Under the pieces are notes generated by a model that worked only from the letters and a program-made list of their open reading frames with translations, was not told the origin of the DNA and searched no databases. Shown here piece by piece: positions 8,971 through 18,396 of a DNA stretch of 32,959 nt; within the stretch, counting starts at the first letter, position 1, and each line of letters starts with the position of its first letter. This DNA is from a virus (taxonomy: Duplodnaviria; Heunggongvirae; Uroviricota; Caudoviricetes): IMG/VR virus record IMGVR_UViG_2554235419_000004; one strand, written 5' to 3'. Made by a program: the position numbers and the translations under genes.

Positions 8971-9333
8971 GCGGCAAAACGGGATGTGGGTAACGGGCAA
9001 AACCAAATTCCTGATATGTCAGCGTGGGAGTGTGGGGGAGATACAACGACGGGATGGAGGCGAAGCCCGGATGGTTATATTGAACAATGGGGGCTAACTG
9101 AGGCCACAACAAATGAAGTTTTGATTAATTTTCCTATCCCATTTCCGACAGCCGTCATTTCTATTAATGAACATGACCAGGCTCCTGTGGCAGGGAAAAT
9201 GTCAGTATGGCAATTCTATAAATTGACTAACTCAAATGTCATAGCAGAGAACCTGGGATCTCTTGATAAAGGAAATCCATCCTTCAATGTTCCAACTGTC
9301 GCTGGTTGCCGCTGGTTTGCTACAGGAAGATAA
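8959..9333 (+). CDS. Alternative tail-fibre C-terminal cassette (Sv'-like), promoterless; would be fused to the H constant part only after inversion
   Basis: Open frame through the crossover site encoding ...NVGLGEAAKRD...; no plausible own start; immediately followed by the alternative assembly gene. Confidence 0.65.
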   Translation, partial: GLGEAAKRDVGNGQNQIPDMSAWECGGDTTTGWRRSPDGYIEQWGLTEATTNEVLINFPIPFPTAVISINEHDQAPVAGKMSVWQFYKLTNSNVIAENLGSLDKGNPSFNVPTVAGCRWFATGR

Positions 9334-9334
9334 A

Positions 9335-9775
9335 ATGAGTAAATATCTTTACGATGCAAAAACTAATATGTTTTACCCATTTACTCTGGAAAGTCAGTAT
9401 AAGGAGTCTGGGTTATGGCCTCATAATGGAGTTGAAGTTGATGAGGATATATTTATTAAGTACCTGTCCCCACCTCCTGGGAAGGTGAGAGTTGCGGGTG
9501 ATGATGGCTATCCTGCATGGGATGACGTACCGCCGCTAACTCATGAAGAACAACTGTCAGAAGCGGAACGAAAAAAACAGGCACTCATAAATCGAGTTAA
9601 TGAATATATTAACAGTAAGCAGTGGCTAGGAAAGGCTGCTATTGGTCGTCTGAAAGGTGAGGAACTGGCGCAATATAATTCATGGCTTGATTATCTGGAC
9701 GCACTGGAAATGGTTGATATTTCCAGTGCTCCAGATATTGAATGGCCTACGCCTCCGGCTGTTCAGGCCAGATGA
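9335..9775 (+). CDS. Alternative tail fibre assembly protein (U'-like), 146 aa
   Basis: MSKYLYDAKTNMFYPF...; C-terminus ...SSAPDIEWPTPPA parallels ...TSTAPDIIWPEQPEA of the convergent assembly gene; the 3' ends overlap on opposite strands, as in Mu U/U'. Confidence 0.75.
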   Translation: MSKYLYDAKTNMFYPFTLESQYKESGLWPHNGVEVDEDIFIKYLSPPPGKVRVAGDDGYPAWDDVPPLTHEEQLSEAERKKQALINRVNEYINSKQWLGKAAIGRLKGEELAQYNSWLDYLDALEMVDISSAPDIEWPTPPAVQAR

Positions 9776-10340
9776 TATCCGGCGCGGTGCTGGTATCTGT
9801 TGCCGTCACCGCGTCAATGTAATCCAGCACAGCGTTAAGCCGGGTTGTTTCTGCCTGCGTCAGTTTCCGCCCGGCCTGTAATTTCAGCTGAATCAGACTA
9901 ATGGAAGCCATTGCTGCATCAATCAGTGACTGGCGCTGTGCTTCTGCCGCTTCTACTGCGGCACCGTGTTGTGCCTCAGTATCTGTCACCCATTTCTCAC
10001 CATCCCATTTATCATATGGCGTTAACGGTGAAAGCGTGACATAACCGTTTTTGATGGCACCGATATAATCCACTGTAACAGCTGCGCCATTTTCGATTGA
10101 GTAAACAGTCTCATTGCGATGGTCTTCCTCATGGCTCCATCCCTTACCTGTAAATACTGCCACTCTTCCCGGAATGTTTTCGTCCGGGTCAATACCAGTG
10201 GAACAGGCGGGCATACTTACGCCAGTATTAATATATTCATCAGACCAGCCCGTATATTCAGACGTTACTGCATCATAATAAAAACAACGCATATCACCCG
10301 GCACTGTAGCCAGCCCATTTTCATCAAAAACAGGTTTCAT
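9747..10340 (-). CDS. G: Tail fibre assembly protein (gpG-like, currently in the expressed orientation), 197 aa
   Basis: 197-aa ORF directly downstream of H, start overlapping the H stop; Tfa-like C-terminus. Confidence 0.8.
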   Translation of the reverse strand: MKPVFDENGLATVPGDMRCFYYDAVTSEYTGWSDEYINTGVSMPACSTGIDPDENIPGRVAVFTGKGWSHEEDHRNETVYSIENGAAVTVDYIGAIKNGYVTLSPLTPYDKWDGEKWVTDTEAQHGAAVEAAEAQRQSLIDAAMASISLIQLKLQAGRKLTQAETTRLNAVLDYIDAVTATDTSTAPDIIWPEQPEA

Positions 10341-11623
10341 TATTTAGCCCTCACCAGAAAGTTAAATGCAATATTTCGCGGTCTGACAGCAACAAAATTC
10401 ACACCATCACCCACAGAGTTACTGTTGAAATTAAATCGTGAAAATCCTGGCTGATTTCCGGCGATGCCATCATGAAAGTTAATTGCGTGTCCAGCACCTC
10501 CGCCTATATTCCCGGCAAACTGAGAAAAGTTTGTAGCTTCCTGCCAGCTTAATAATTCGCGACCACCATCTGCACCTCGCCCGTCATCCCAGACACGAAT
10601 GAAATCACCGCGGGCTTCAGGTAATACCAGCGAAGGAAACACTTTCGCCAGCACAGGGTAATCAGAGGCAGAAAATTTCGCCCCGTTAAACTTCAAAAAC
10701 ACCATACTGGACCAGCTGTCGATTACAGTATTTGGCATTGCCGCGGAGGGCCAGAAGAACGGAACGCCAATAGCTGGAGCACCTTCTCCCAAACCAAGGT
10801 ATGCGAGAAGACCAGCCACATCTTTTCCACTCAAATGAGTCAGCGTCTCATCCAGTGGTTGCTTACCTGACAGCGCATTGTTAATGGTGGTGCTGAATTT
10901 CGGGTCATTGTTAATGGCTGCGGCAATTTCTTTCAGTGTATCCAGCGTGGCAGGCGCACCGTTAATCAGAGCGGTAATAGCGGCCTGAACAAACGCAGTA
11001 GTCGCAATCCGCGTGGTGTTATTTCCTGCGGCAGGCGTCGGCGCTTTTGGTTCTCCGGTAAATGTCGGATTATGTTTCTGGGCATACTGGGTATGAGGGT
11101 CCTGTGCGGCAATGTGGTTTCTCATCTGGTCATCCACATACAGCCTTAATTCCAGGACTTCATCATCCACGTATTTACGGGTCGCCAGTACCACCGACGG
11201 GTCGATTTTCAGCGTGATAGCTTCGGTATTCGTGACAACCAGAATCATGCGGATAGTCTGGGTACGACCGCTGCCTTCCTGTAACTGCGGTTTGTACGTT
11301 TCCGGGCAGTTCGCCACCGCAATGAGTACGCCTTCATCATCATAAAGCCCAATCTCACGGATCCAGAATCCGCCCTCGTTCTCAGGGATGATTTGCTCCG
11401 CAATAATCTGGCTCTGGTTGTTCGGGTCAACACTCAGAAGATTCAGCGGTGCAATGCGTTTCTGATTAATCAGTTTTGTCTGTGCCGGGTCTGGTGTCGG
11501 CAAGACACCATTCGCATCACCAACGGCCATTTGCGTCAGATTCAGCTTACTGCCGAGCATCGTCGCGTTAGCCAGCCGTGCTGCGCCCTGATTAGTCAGA
11601 ATGGCGTAGTATTTCACTGTCAT
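10340..11623 (-). CDS. H: Tail fibre protein gpH (constant N-terminal part plus the currently fused variable C-terminal cassette), 427 aa
   Basis: N-terminus MTVKYYAILTNQGAARLANA...MAVGDANGVLPTPDP...GGFWIREIGLYDDEGVLIAVAN resembles P2 gpH / Mu S N-termini as recalled; the crossover site is embedded at residues about 272-281. Confidence 0.85.
   Translation of the reverse strand: MTVKYYAILTNQGAARLANATMLGSKLNLTQMAVGDANGVLPTPDPAQTKLINQKRIAPLNLLSVDPNNQSQIIAEQIIPENEGGFWIREIGLYDDEGVLIAVANCPETYKPQLQEGSGRTQTIRMILVVTNTEAITLKIDPSVVLATRKYVDDEVLELRLYVDDQMRNHIAAQDPHTQYAQKHNPTFTGEPKAPTPAAGNNTTRIATTAFVQAAITALINGAPATLDTLKEIAAAINNDPKFSTTINNALSGKQPLDETLTHLSGKDVAGLLAYLGLGEGAPAIGVPFFWPSAAMPNTVIDSWSSMVFLKFNGAKFSASDYPVLAKVFPSLVLPEARGDFIRVWDDGRGADGGRELLSWQEATNFSQFAGNIGGGAGHAINFHDGIAGNQPGFSRFNFNSNSVGDGVNFVAVRPRNIAFNFLVRAK
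10784..10809. other. Invertase crossover site, right (hix/gix-like, 26 bp), inside tail fibre gene H
   Basis: ttctcccaaaccAAggtatgcgagaa; inverted relative to the 8945-8970 site with a shared 14-bp arm ttctcccaaaccaa; lies at H residues about 272-281 (YLGLGE). Confidence 0.75.
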
Positions 11624-12231
11624 GCGTTTACTCTCAGGTTATCAATTAAATGAATGGCCGAGGCCGGGAAATAATCCCCTCCGACAATAATGGCCTCCGG
11701 GGTGTAGGGATAAACCGTCAGGGCGTCACCGTGATAGCATCCCGCACCGGCAAAAATGTTGCCGGTTGTACTTAAACTGATAGCCAGTCCCGTCAGATGG
11801 CGGCTCGCCGGTTTTGCATCAGCAACGAGGCGCTCCAGCTCCTGATACATTTTCTCGGTAATACCCTGCTCAAGCACGCCAACAACGATGCGGAACGTCC
11901 CCGGCTCCTCGTTGAGCTGCCACCACTCCCTCACCTCAATCAGATAGCCAAGCGGCTCCACCACACGCCGGATTGCGCCTATGGTGCCCTTATGGCAGTG
12001 AATGAAATACGCATCGCGGATAACAGCGCGTTTTGTCGCTTCCGGCCACTTATCATCCCAGCGGTCAACCGAAAATGACCACGCCAGCCACGGCAGCAGA
12101 TTTGCCGGGCAGGTGTCCGGGTTCCACAGCTCACGAATACTGACCGGCGTTTTTTCAATTTCCGCACAGGCTTTTGCGGCGGCAACTTCAAGCGGTGATG
12201 AGCCGGTCGGCAGCAGTCGCGAATCACTCAT
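11620..12231 (-). CDS. I: Baseplate assembly protein gpI, 203 aa
   Basis: Synteny between J and H; start overlaps the J stop. Confidence 0.7.
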   Translation of the reverse strand: MSDSRLLPTGSSPLEVAAAKACAEIEKTPVSIRELWNPDTCPANLLPWLAWSFSVDRWDDKWPEATKRAVIRDAYFIHCHKGTIGAIRRVVEPLGYLIEVREWWQLNEEPGTFRIVVGVLEQGITEKMYQELERLVADAKPASRHLTGLAISLSTTGNIFAGAGCYHGDALTVYPYTPEAIIVGGDYFPASAIHLIDNLRVNA

Positions 12232-13132
12232 CCGAGCCTCCGGTCACGACGCTGTATTCGGTACAGAAAGACGCCTGCGTATTGTTGAGCACGATGTCGG
12301 CCAGTGGTGCAGCCAGTTCGACACGCTGCACGCCTTCAACATGCAAAGCGGCATAAATGGCAGACAGACGGATGTCGCGCCCCAGCCGGTGCTGTGCCGT
12401 GATGTACGCTTCCAGTTTTTTCACGGCGGCAGCGCGGATGGGTTCGCTTTCGGGGCCAGGGTAAAGGTAAAGCGTGGCGTTTATCTGGTATTCAACGATG
12501 GCGGCAGACTGCACGGTCACGCGGTCGGCCACCGGCCTGACGTCCTCGCCATTAAGGGCGTTACGCACCACGGCCAGCAGGTCTTCGGATGCAACACCGT
12601 TATTTTCACGTGACAGCACAGAGATGGTGACGCAGGCCGGAGACGGACTGGTGACAGAGATATCTGCGACGCGCCCGTCGGCACTGCGACCATGATACTG
12701 ATAGGCTCCCACCGACCCGGCGACGCTTAAACCTTCAAACGCCTGCTGAATACGCAGACGATAATCGGTGTCAGACTCCATCACTGCCGGTGTCGGCGGG
12801 ATGGTCGAATCATCTGCCGGGGTGATAGTCAGGCGCGTGGTGTTGTAATTGGCACCAATCACATCAAGGTCATTACCGGCGGCACAGGCCAGCATCACCG
12901 CCCGCGCAGCCTCATTCACACGCTGACGCCAGATAAGCTCACGATAAGCATTTTCCTCCAGCAGTTTGACGAGAGGCTCAGATTCCAGCGTCAGGGTACG
13001 GGCGACCGCTTCCTGCTGGTCTTCCGGGTAAAGGGAAATCAGTGTCGCCTTGCGTTCGGCAAGAATGGTTTCAAAGTCCAGCTCCTCGACCACATCCGGT
13101 GCGGGTAGCTGGTTCAGGTCGATAATCGGCAT
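12224..13132 (-). CDS. J: Baseplate protein gpJ, 302 aa
   Basis: 302-aa ORF; length and position as P2 gpJ. Confidence 0.8.
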   Translation of the reverse strand: MPIIDLNQLPAPDVVEELDFETILAERKATLISLYPEDQQEAVARTLTLESEPLVKLLEENAYRELIWRQRVNEAARAVMLACAAGNDLDVIGANYNTTRLTITPADDSTIPPTPAVMESDTDYRLRIQQAFEGLSVAGSVGAYQYHGRSADGRVADISVTSPSPACVTISVLSRENNGVASEDLLAVVRNALNGEDVRPVADRVTVQSAAIVEYQINATLYLYPGPESEPIRAAAVKKLEAYITAQHRLGRDIRLSAIYAALHVEGVQRVELAAPLADIVLNNTQASFCTEYSVVTGGSDE

Positions 13133-13136
13133 GGTT

Positions 13137-13484
13137 TCAACTCACAGGGATGGTTAACGAAAGTGGCTGGCCGGTGTCGTTGTGCTGACCGGTTAACGTG
13201 ACCGTCATTCGCCCGTCAAAACTGCGCGCCGTGGTGACGGATGACAGGGTGACGCGGGGTTCCCATTTCAGCACCGCCATGTAACAGGCGACCTTAATCT
13301 GCAACTCAAGCGCCGGGGTCTGCGGCTGGTCAATCATTGATGCCAGCAACGAGCCGTAATCACGACGCATCACCCGTGAGCCGACCGGTGTGCGCAGGAT
13401 ATCGCCGATACTCTGGCTGATATGCTCAAGGTCAGTGACCGTCAGGCCATCACTGCGATTCATTCCGAGATAACGCGCTGTCAT
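13137..13484 (-). CDS. W: Baseplate protein gpW, 115 aa
   Basis: 115-aa ORF between V and J; length as P2 gpW. Confidence 0.75.
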   Translation of the reverse strand: MTARYLGMNRSDGLTVTDLEHISQSIGDILRTPVGSRVMRRDYGSLLASMIDQPQTPALELQIKVACYMAVLKWEPRVTLSSVTTARSFDGRMTVTLTGQHNDTGQPLSLTIPVS

Positions 13485-14116
13485 AAAGGACTCCCGGTTG
13501 TGCCGCCGCTGTCGCCGGGGTGTTTGTGGGTATGCAGTACCTTACCGTTTGATGAGAGTTCACCGCCGGTGTGTTCAATGTTGCCGCGCATCGTCCCGCC
13601 CTTCTGCACTTCCAGCGTGCCGGTAGTCAGTTTGTTAGTGCAGACCACTTCCGGTGTGTCCAGGGTGACACGGGTTGACGCTTTCACCGTGACCACCGGT
13701 ACCGTGGCAGTAACAGAATCAGAAGCCGTCACGCTGGCCGTTTTAATTCCGCTTACCGTGAGTGCACTGGTTTCGGGTTCATACTCAATCACCGCCCCGT
13801 CAGGGAAACGGATATGCAGGGCATCCGCCGACGCAGACGGCGCGGGGTTATCGCCGGAATAAATCCCCGGCAGAACGAACGCCGTGTCGAGTTCACCGCC
13901 CACGGCCAGAATCAGCACCTGTTCCCCCACGGAAGGTGCCCACCATGTGCGCGAACGTCCTGCGCGATGGGTCAGCCACTGAAGCCAGTCGGTGCACATG
14001 CCGCCGGTCTGCACACGGCAGCGACCGGCGTTAAGGTCGGTTTCGACGATAATGCCGGTGCGGATCATGTTGCGCAGTGCGCGCGCGAGTTCCTGAATAT
14101 TTGCGAGAGTGTTCAT
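13481..14116 (-). CDS. V: Baseplate spike protein gpV, 211 aa
   Basis: 211-aa ORF; length and position as P2 gpV. Confidence 0.8.
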   Translation of the reverse strand: MNTLANIQELARALRNMIRTGIIVETDLNAGRCRVQTGGMCTDWLQWLTHRAGRSRTWWAPSVGEQVLILAVGGELDTAFVLPGIYSGDNPAPSASADALHIRFPDGAVIEYEPETSALTVSGIKTASVTASDSVTATVPVVTVKASTRVTLDTPEVVCTNKLTTGTLEVQKGGTMRGNIEHTGGELSSNGKVLHTHKHPGDSGGTTGSPL

Positions 14117-14182
14117 AACGGGAAGGATGCCGCCGGGTCATACCGGCGGCAATGTGACGATGAGGTGTCGGGAATGGCACAA

Positions 14183-14635
14183 CTAACGGTCGAGGTGAGC
14201 CAGGATAATCTCTTCAATCATCTGCACATCCTCACCGGTAAAGCCGAGCAGAGGACGCGCCGGATAATCAATCTTCTTACCGTCTTTCCGGTTTTCTTCC
14301 GACAGACCGAACTGATGCACACTGGCGATTTTCGGTGACTTTCCGCCGTAAAACTCCATTGAGGCCTGTTCAGGGCTGGCGCGGATATGCAAAAAACGAC
14401 TGGTGATAAGTTTCGCAAACATTTTTCGCTTAACGCGACCGGTCTTTTTTCTGGCGCTCTGCTGCTGACGTGGCGCGTAGGGTGTGCCGTCCGGGGCTTT
14501 CTGTGCCATCACCCGACGCTGCTGACTCTGCCGCAGACGCTTCGCCAGTTCGGCACTCAGTCGCCGACGCCCTGACGGTGACAGCGATTCAATCAGTCCG
14601 GTCAGCCGGTCTTCAAAACGCTTAAACTCATTCAT
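14183..14635 (-). CDS. S: Tail completion protein gpS, 150 aa
   Basis: 150-aa ORF; synteny and length as P2 gpS. Confidence 0.75.
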   Translation of the reverse strand: MNEFKRFEDRLTGLIESLSPSGRRRLSAELAKRLRQSQQRRVMAQKAPDGTPYAPRQQQSARKKTGRVKRKMFAKLITSRFLHIRASPEQASMEFYGGKSPKIASVHQFGLSEENRKDGKKIDYPARPLLGFTGEDVQMIEEIILAHLDR

Positions 14636-15095
14636 CCCACTTGCTCACCAGTTCGCCATTGATATAAAGCTCCACCGGGCGGGTGACCGGCTCCGGCGGC
14701 GGGGGTTCCGGGATATTCTTCACATGCAGTGCGCCGTCCACCTCACTGACCAGCGTGCGCTCGGTCAGCATCAGGCTGATGCTGATATCAAAGCTGCTGT
14801 CATTGTTGATGTCTGCATAAAACGTGAAGCCCTTTTTCTGGCCTGCGTCGGTGGTCATGATGTCGGGCTGATTTTCCCGCAGCCACGCCAGCACCGGCAC
14901 GATGAGCAGGTCAAAATCACCGGTAAAGTCGGTCACAATCACATTGAGCGTGTAACGCTTTTCGAATGACAACGACGTCGCCAGCGTGGAGGCAATACTC
15001 CCGTTATCAACGAATATCCGCAGCATCTCGGGACTGGTTTTCAGCACCGTGACGGCATCAGTCAGCGCCCTGCGCAGGCTGTCGGGTTTGAGCAT
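14628..15095 (-). CDS. R: Tail completion protein gpR, 155 aa
   Basis: 155-aa ORF; synteny and length as P2 gpR. Confidence 0.75.
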   Translation of the reverse strand: MLKPDSLRRALTDAVTVLKTSPEMLRIFVDNGSIASTLATSLSFEKRYTLNVIVTDFTGDFDLLIVPVLAWLRENQPDIMTTDAGQKKGFTFYADINNDSSFDISISLMLTERTLVSEVDGALHVKNIPEPPPPEPVTRPVELYINGELVSKWDE

Positions 15096-15348
15096 CGTTT
15101 TCGTCCTGACAGTGTTTAATCATTTTTACCTGGCTGGCACAGCGTGCCAGCGCGTTCTCAAGCTGTCGGATATCGGCACTTAAATCGCCGTTCGTCTCCG
15201 GGTCACTGCCCGGCATCTGGCAAAGGCTCACTTTCGGGCAGGCGTTGGCGACAATCACTGGCGTCTGTGCAGGCCGGGCGCTGGTGCAACCGGCGCACAG
15301 CATCAGGCAGGCCAGCACCATACCAGCGGCGAAAATCTTCGTTTTCAT
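15058..15348 (-). CDS. lysC: LysC, o-spanin-like outer-membrane lipoprotein, out of frame across the lysB/R junction, 96 aa
   Basis: MKTKIFAAGMVLACLMLCAGCTS...: signal peptide with lipobox LCAGC; overlaps lysB 3' end and R 5' end in another frame. Confidence 0.65.
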   Translation of the reverse strand: MKTKIFAAGMVLACLMLCAGCTSARPAQTPVIVANACPKVSLCQMPGSDPETNGDLSADIRQLENALARCASQVKMIKHCQDENDAQTRQPAQGAD

Positions 15349-15628
15349 TCAGTAACCTCGTGATGGTTTTCTCGCGCTGTGCTTCACGCTTCGCGGCGTT
15401 CTCCAGTTCCTGACGCAGTGCCACCTGCGCCAGCTCGTTTTTGTCTGCCCTGGTGAGGGCAACATGAAGCTGATTTTTCAGCATGGTGATGGTCGTCTGC
15501 TGTTCACTGGCGACGTTGTTCACCCTGTCCAGCGAGGCGCGCAGGCTGGCGTTTTCATGCTTCGCCAGAAACAGCCCCGCCACCGCCAGCGATAACAACA
15601 CAACCATCACAATCATCAGCTTTGACAT
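15203..15628 (-). CDS. lysB: LysB, i-spanin-like lysis protein, 141 aa
   Basis: N-terminal transmembrane segment (MSKLMIVMVVLLSLAVAGLFLA) then a charged coiled region; position after lysA. Confidence 0.75.
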   Translation of the reverse strand: MSKLMIVMVVLLSLAVAGLFLAKHENASLRASLDRVNNVASEQQTTITMLKNQLHVALTRADKNELAQVALRQELENAAKREAQREKTITRLLNENEDFRRWYGAGLPDAVRRLHQRPACTDASDCRQRLPESEPLPDAGQ

Positions 15629-16041
15629 GGTTCCCGCCCCTCAAAACGCTGACGGCAGGCCGTACGTATCAGCCGGAAGAACACCGACGCCACGAGATAA
15701 ATCAGCGCGGTAAAAATCCACCCGGCAGCGACCAGCGAGATAAACGTCGCCACCATCACCACCAGAGCCACCGCCCGTCTGCGCCACGGCACCGGCTGCA
15801 AAAACAGCGACGTGACAATCTTCACGGCCAGCGATTCCGGCGGAAGCTCCCGCCCGTAGCGTTCCAGCACATACTCAGTGGCATACACGCCGACACCACC
15901 GGCAACCACACAGATAACCGTCGCCAGAATCGCCCAGGCGGCGACAAAATTGACGGCCACGCTCTGCGGGTAAATCAGGGACAGTGCCAGCATCAGCGCC
16001 AGCGACACGTTCAGCATCAGTGAAAGGGATAATTTCTTCAT
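15616..16041 (-). CDS. lysA: LysA, membrane protein (lysis timing / antiholin-like), 141 aa
   Basis: Several hydrophobic helices; position between K and lysB as in P2. Confidence 0.7.
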   Translation of the reverse strand: MKKLSLSLMLNVSLALMLALSLIYPQSVAVNFVAAWAILATVICVVAGGVGVYATEYVLERYGRELPPESLAVKIVTSLFLQPVPWRRRAVALVVMVATFISLVAAGWIFTALIYLVASVFFRLIRTACRQRFEGREPCQS

Positions 16042-16055
16042 GGTGTTTACTCCGT

Positions 16056-16553
16056 TTAAACCGGTACGCCGCCAGCGGTACGCCAGACGGTGACCAGTTT
16101 TTCCAGTGAATGCTCACGCTGACCGTAACCGGCACCCGGCAGGGACGCCCAGATATTGCGACAGCGTGAAATGGCTCGCTCAATGCGTCCCGCCCGGATG
16201 TCATCCAGTGCACCGCGTTCGCGGATCAACTGAATGGCAAGTCTGTCCTGTGACAACGGACTGAAATCCGGCAGGGCAAGCTGTTTGCGGTAATGCGGCC
16301 AGAACAGGTAAAGCTGCTGATAGCGACCGGAGGCCGTGGATTTTTCACCGCGACGGTTAAACACCTTCGCCGGTCGGCCATGTGCGAACGGGTGGTCACT
16401 GTAGTCGGTGAAAATTTCCGGCTTCCCGTCCAGTCCGGTGACTATCACGTCATAGCCCCGGTTTTTCGTCAGCGGATGATTCGCCGTCCCTTCGGACACG
16501 GCCAGCATGTCGAGAAAGGCGGCGATATTCTGATGTGTGCTAATTACCGGCAT
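16056..16553 (-). CDS. K: Endolysin gpK, 165 aa
   Basis: MPVISTHQNIAAFLDMLAVSEGT...; 165 aa, directly after holin Y; matches P2 gpK as recalled. Confidence 0.8.
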   Translation of the reverse strand: MPVISTHQNIAAFLDMLAVSEGTANHPLTKNRGYDVIVTGLDGKPEIFTDYSDHPFAHGRPAKVFNRRGEKSTASGRYQQLYLFWPHYRKQLALPDFSPLSQDRLAIQLIRERGALDDIRAGRIERAISRCRNIWASLPGAGYGQREHSLEKLVTVWRTAGGVPV

Positions 16554-16834
16554 TACGGTTTCCCCCTGCCCTTAAAGCGGCGCTGAATGGCAATCTCAAT
16601 CACCTGATAACCGGCGATACCCAGCATGGAGCCGATGCCGCACACCGCAGGCAGTGACAGGTCAGGAAACTGCACCAGAACAACACCGGCAACCATCGAG
16701 ACAAAACCACCGAGCAACATGCGCCCGATAAACAGACGCGGAGTGATGGGTTCACCACCGGCAAGCACCTTGCCGACAACAATCAGCACCCCAATCATGA
16801 AAAGCGACAGGACGCTTTTTTCTTCTGCTGTCAT
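16553..16834 (-). CDS. Y: Holin gpY, 93 aa
   Basis: Small protein with transmembrane segments directly upstream of the endolysin; length as P2 gpY. Confidence 0.75.
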   Translation of the reverse strand: MTAEEKSVLSLFMIGVLIVVGKVLAGGEPITPRLFIGRMLLGGFVSMVAGVVLVQFPDLSLPAVCGIGSMLGIAGYQVIEIAIQRRFKGRGKP

Positions 16835-16837
16835 GCG

Positions 16838-17041
16838 TTACTCCCACAGATTGACAGTTTCAGCCACGGGCGCGGTCTGAACGTCGGGCAGTTCGACGGC
16901 GGTGCCGTGTGGCAGCACCGCCCCCAGTTCAGCCAGTCCCGGATTTGCGGCGAGCACGGCCTCGACCACGCCCTCAGTGCGCCCGTAATACCGGACACAA
17001 ATGGCGTCGAGCGTGTCGCCCTGTAGCGCAAAGGTCTTCAT
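16838..17041 (-). CDS. X: Tail protein gpX, 67 aa
   Basis: MKTFALQGDTLDAICVRYYGRTEGVVEAVLAANPGLAELG... (LysM-like); start at the internal ATG of the 90-aa ORF call; overlaps the L stop by 1 nt (ATGA). Confidence 0.75.
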   Translation of the reverse strand: MKTFALQGDTLDAICVRYYGRTEGVVEAVLAANPGLAELGAVLPHGTAVELPDVQTAPVAETVNLWE

Positions 17042-17550
17042 CAGATTTGACTCACGATACAGCGCGGCTTGTCCTGGATACGCGCCACCGCCCAGCGCAT
17101 ATCCCGCCACAGCTCATCAATGGTGCTGTCAATGCTGTCGGCCTTCTTGTCGCCCTTGGCACTGGCATCCACGCCGCGGTAACGCTCATAAAGCGACGCG
17201 GTCGCCATCGCACACACAGCGCGCTCGTAGTAAAAAACTTTGATGCTTTCACCGTCGATGCCGTCCGCCGGGACGTCAGCCAGACGCGAAAAACCGGCAG
17301 CAATTTTCTGTTCGCGGTACTCGTACAGCTCCGCATTCGTCTCCGCCATGCCTGACTTGATGGCCTCACGCAGACGGGCGGGGGCGACGGTCTGCTCAAG
17401 GCGCATACGTTCCCGGACGCGCTTCGGGTCAATATCGGGAAAAAAGAACGTGTTTTTAATCACCGGCTCGTCGCCTGCCGGTTGCGGGATGACCACCGTA
17501 CCCTCACCGGACACGGGAGCCTCCTTTCGCGGAATAATCAGCGTCATCAT
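17041..17550 (-). CDS. L: Capsid (head) completion protein gpL, 169 aa
   Basis: MMTLIIPRKEAPVSGEG...; internal start chosen to match the P2 gpL length. Confidence 0.75.
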   Translation of the reverse strand: MMTLIIPRKEAPVSGEGTVVIPQPAGDEPVIKNTFFFPDIDPKRVRERMRLEQTVAPARLREAIKSGMAETNAELYEYREQKIAAGFSRLADVPADGIDGESIKVFYYERAVCAMATASLYERYRGVDASAKGDKKADSIDSTIDELWRDMRWAVARIQDKPRCIVSQI

Positions 17551-17649
17551 GACTACCTCTGAAAAGTCGGGCGGTGGACGCCGGTGCAGTGTCAGGTGAT
17601 TCACCGTCACTGACCGGCGTGCCGCCCTGGCGCGGGGCGCATTCGGTTG

Positions 17650-18393
17650 TTAACTGGCTTTCTTTTTCGGGCGTCCACGTTTTGCCGGTGTCACGCTCCG
17701 GGTCTTACGCGGAGTGCGGGTGGCCGCTTTGGGCTGCGGCTCCGGCTTCGGTTTCAGCTCCCGCTCCAGTCGTTCAATCTCTTTTTTGACGCCTGCCTGA
17801 CAGTCGAGCTGTGTCGCACGTTGCAGGTGAGCCAGCGCACCGGCGGCATCACCAGCGTCACGCAGAAACAGACCGGTGATTTTGTGCAGCTTTGCGCGCA
17901 CTTCATCAGGCATGTCTGCCGTGGCGGTCAGTGCAAGGGTGTCCGTCAGCAGGCGGGGATCCACAGACTCACCGGCAGCGTGAGCGCGCATGGCCGCAAG
18001 CGCCACCTCCTCGGTGAACATGTACGGCGGGGTGCGGCGGTGTTTACCCGGCATGGTCAGACCGTACTTCAGGGCATAACGGGCAATCTCCAGCGCACCG
18101 GCAATATCGCCGGTATCCAGACGCCACAGCATGACCGTCATCAGAATGTCATCCTGTGCACCTTTGCCCTGCTCCAGCACGCCGTTCACCCACGGCAACC
18201 AGAACGGCAGCAGTTCGCGTTTTTTCGCGGCCTTCAGCTCTTTTGAATAAATCGCTTTCAGTGTGCGCTGGTCTGCGGCGAGCTTAACCAGCATCTGCTC
18301 ATAGACAGTTGCATGTCGCAGCGGGGCGGCTTCACGCTGCGCGGTCATCGCTGCCGAGACCCGCATCATGTGGCGCTGTGCGGGACTCGTCAT
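17650..18393 (-). CDS. M: Terminase small (endonuclease) subunit gpM, 247 aa
   Basis: 247-aa ORF with a basic C-terminus; position between N and L. Confidence 0.8.
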   Translation of the reverse strand: MTSPAQRHMMRVSAAMTAQREAAPLRHATVYEQMLVKLAADQRTLKAIYSKELKAAKKRELLPFWLPWVNGVLEQGKGAQDDILMTVMLWRLDTGDIAGALEIARYALKYGLTMPGKHRRTPPYMFTEEVALAAMRAHAAGESVDPRLLTDTLALTATADMPDEVRAKLHKITGLFLRDAGDAAGALAHLQRATQLDCQAGVKKEIERLERELKPKPEPQPKAATRTPRKTRSVTPAKRGRPKKKAS

Positions 18394-18396
18394 CGG

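Larger units (their letters stand above)
8958..10797. mobile_element. Invertible tail-fibre host-range segment (G-segment-like, about 1.84 kb)
   Basis: Bounded by the inverted crossover sites; contains two alternative tail-fibre C-terminal cassettes and two tail-fibre assembly genes in opposite orientations, next to the invertase gene. Confidence 0.8.

Noticed and set aside
14117-14182. Inverted repeat gccgccgg / ccggcggc between S and V as a possible late promoter (P_V) element or terminator
   Set aside because: I could not find a convincing TGT-N12-ACA dyad or -10 element by eye, and there is no T-run; left unannotated.
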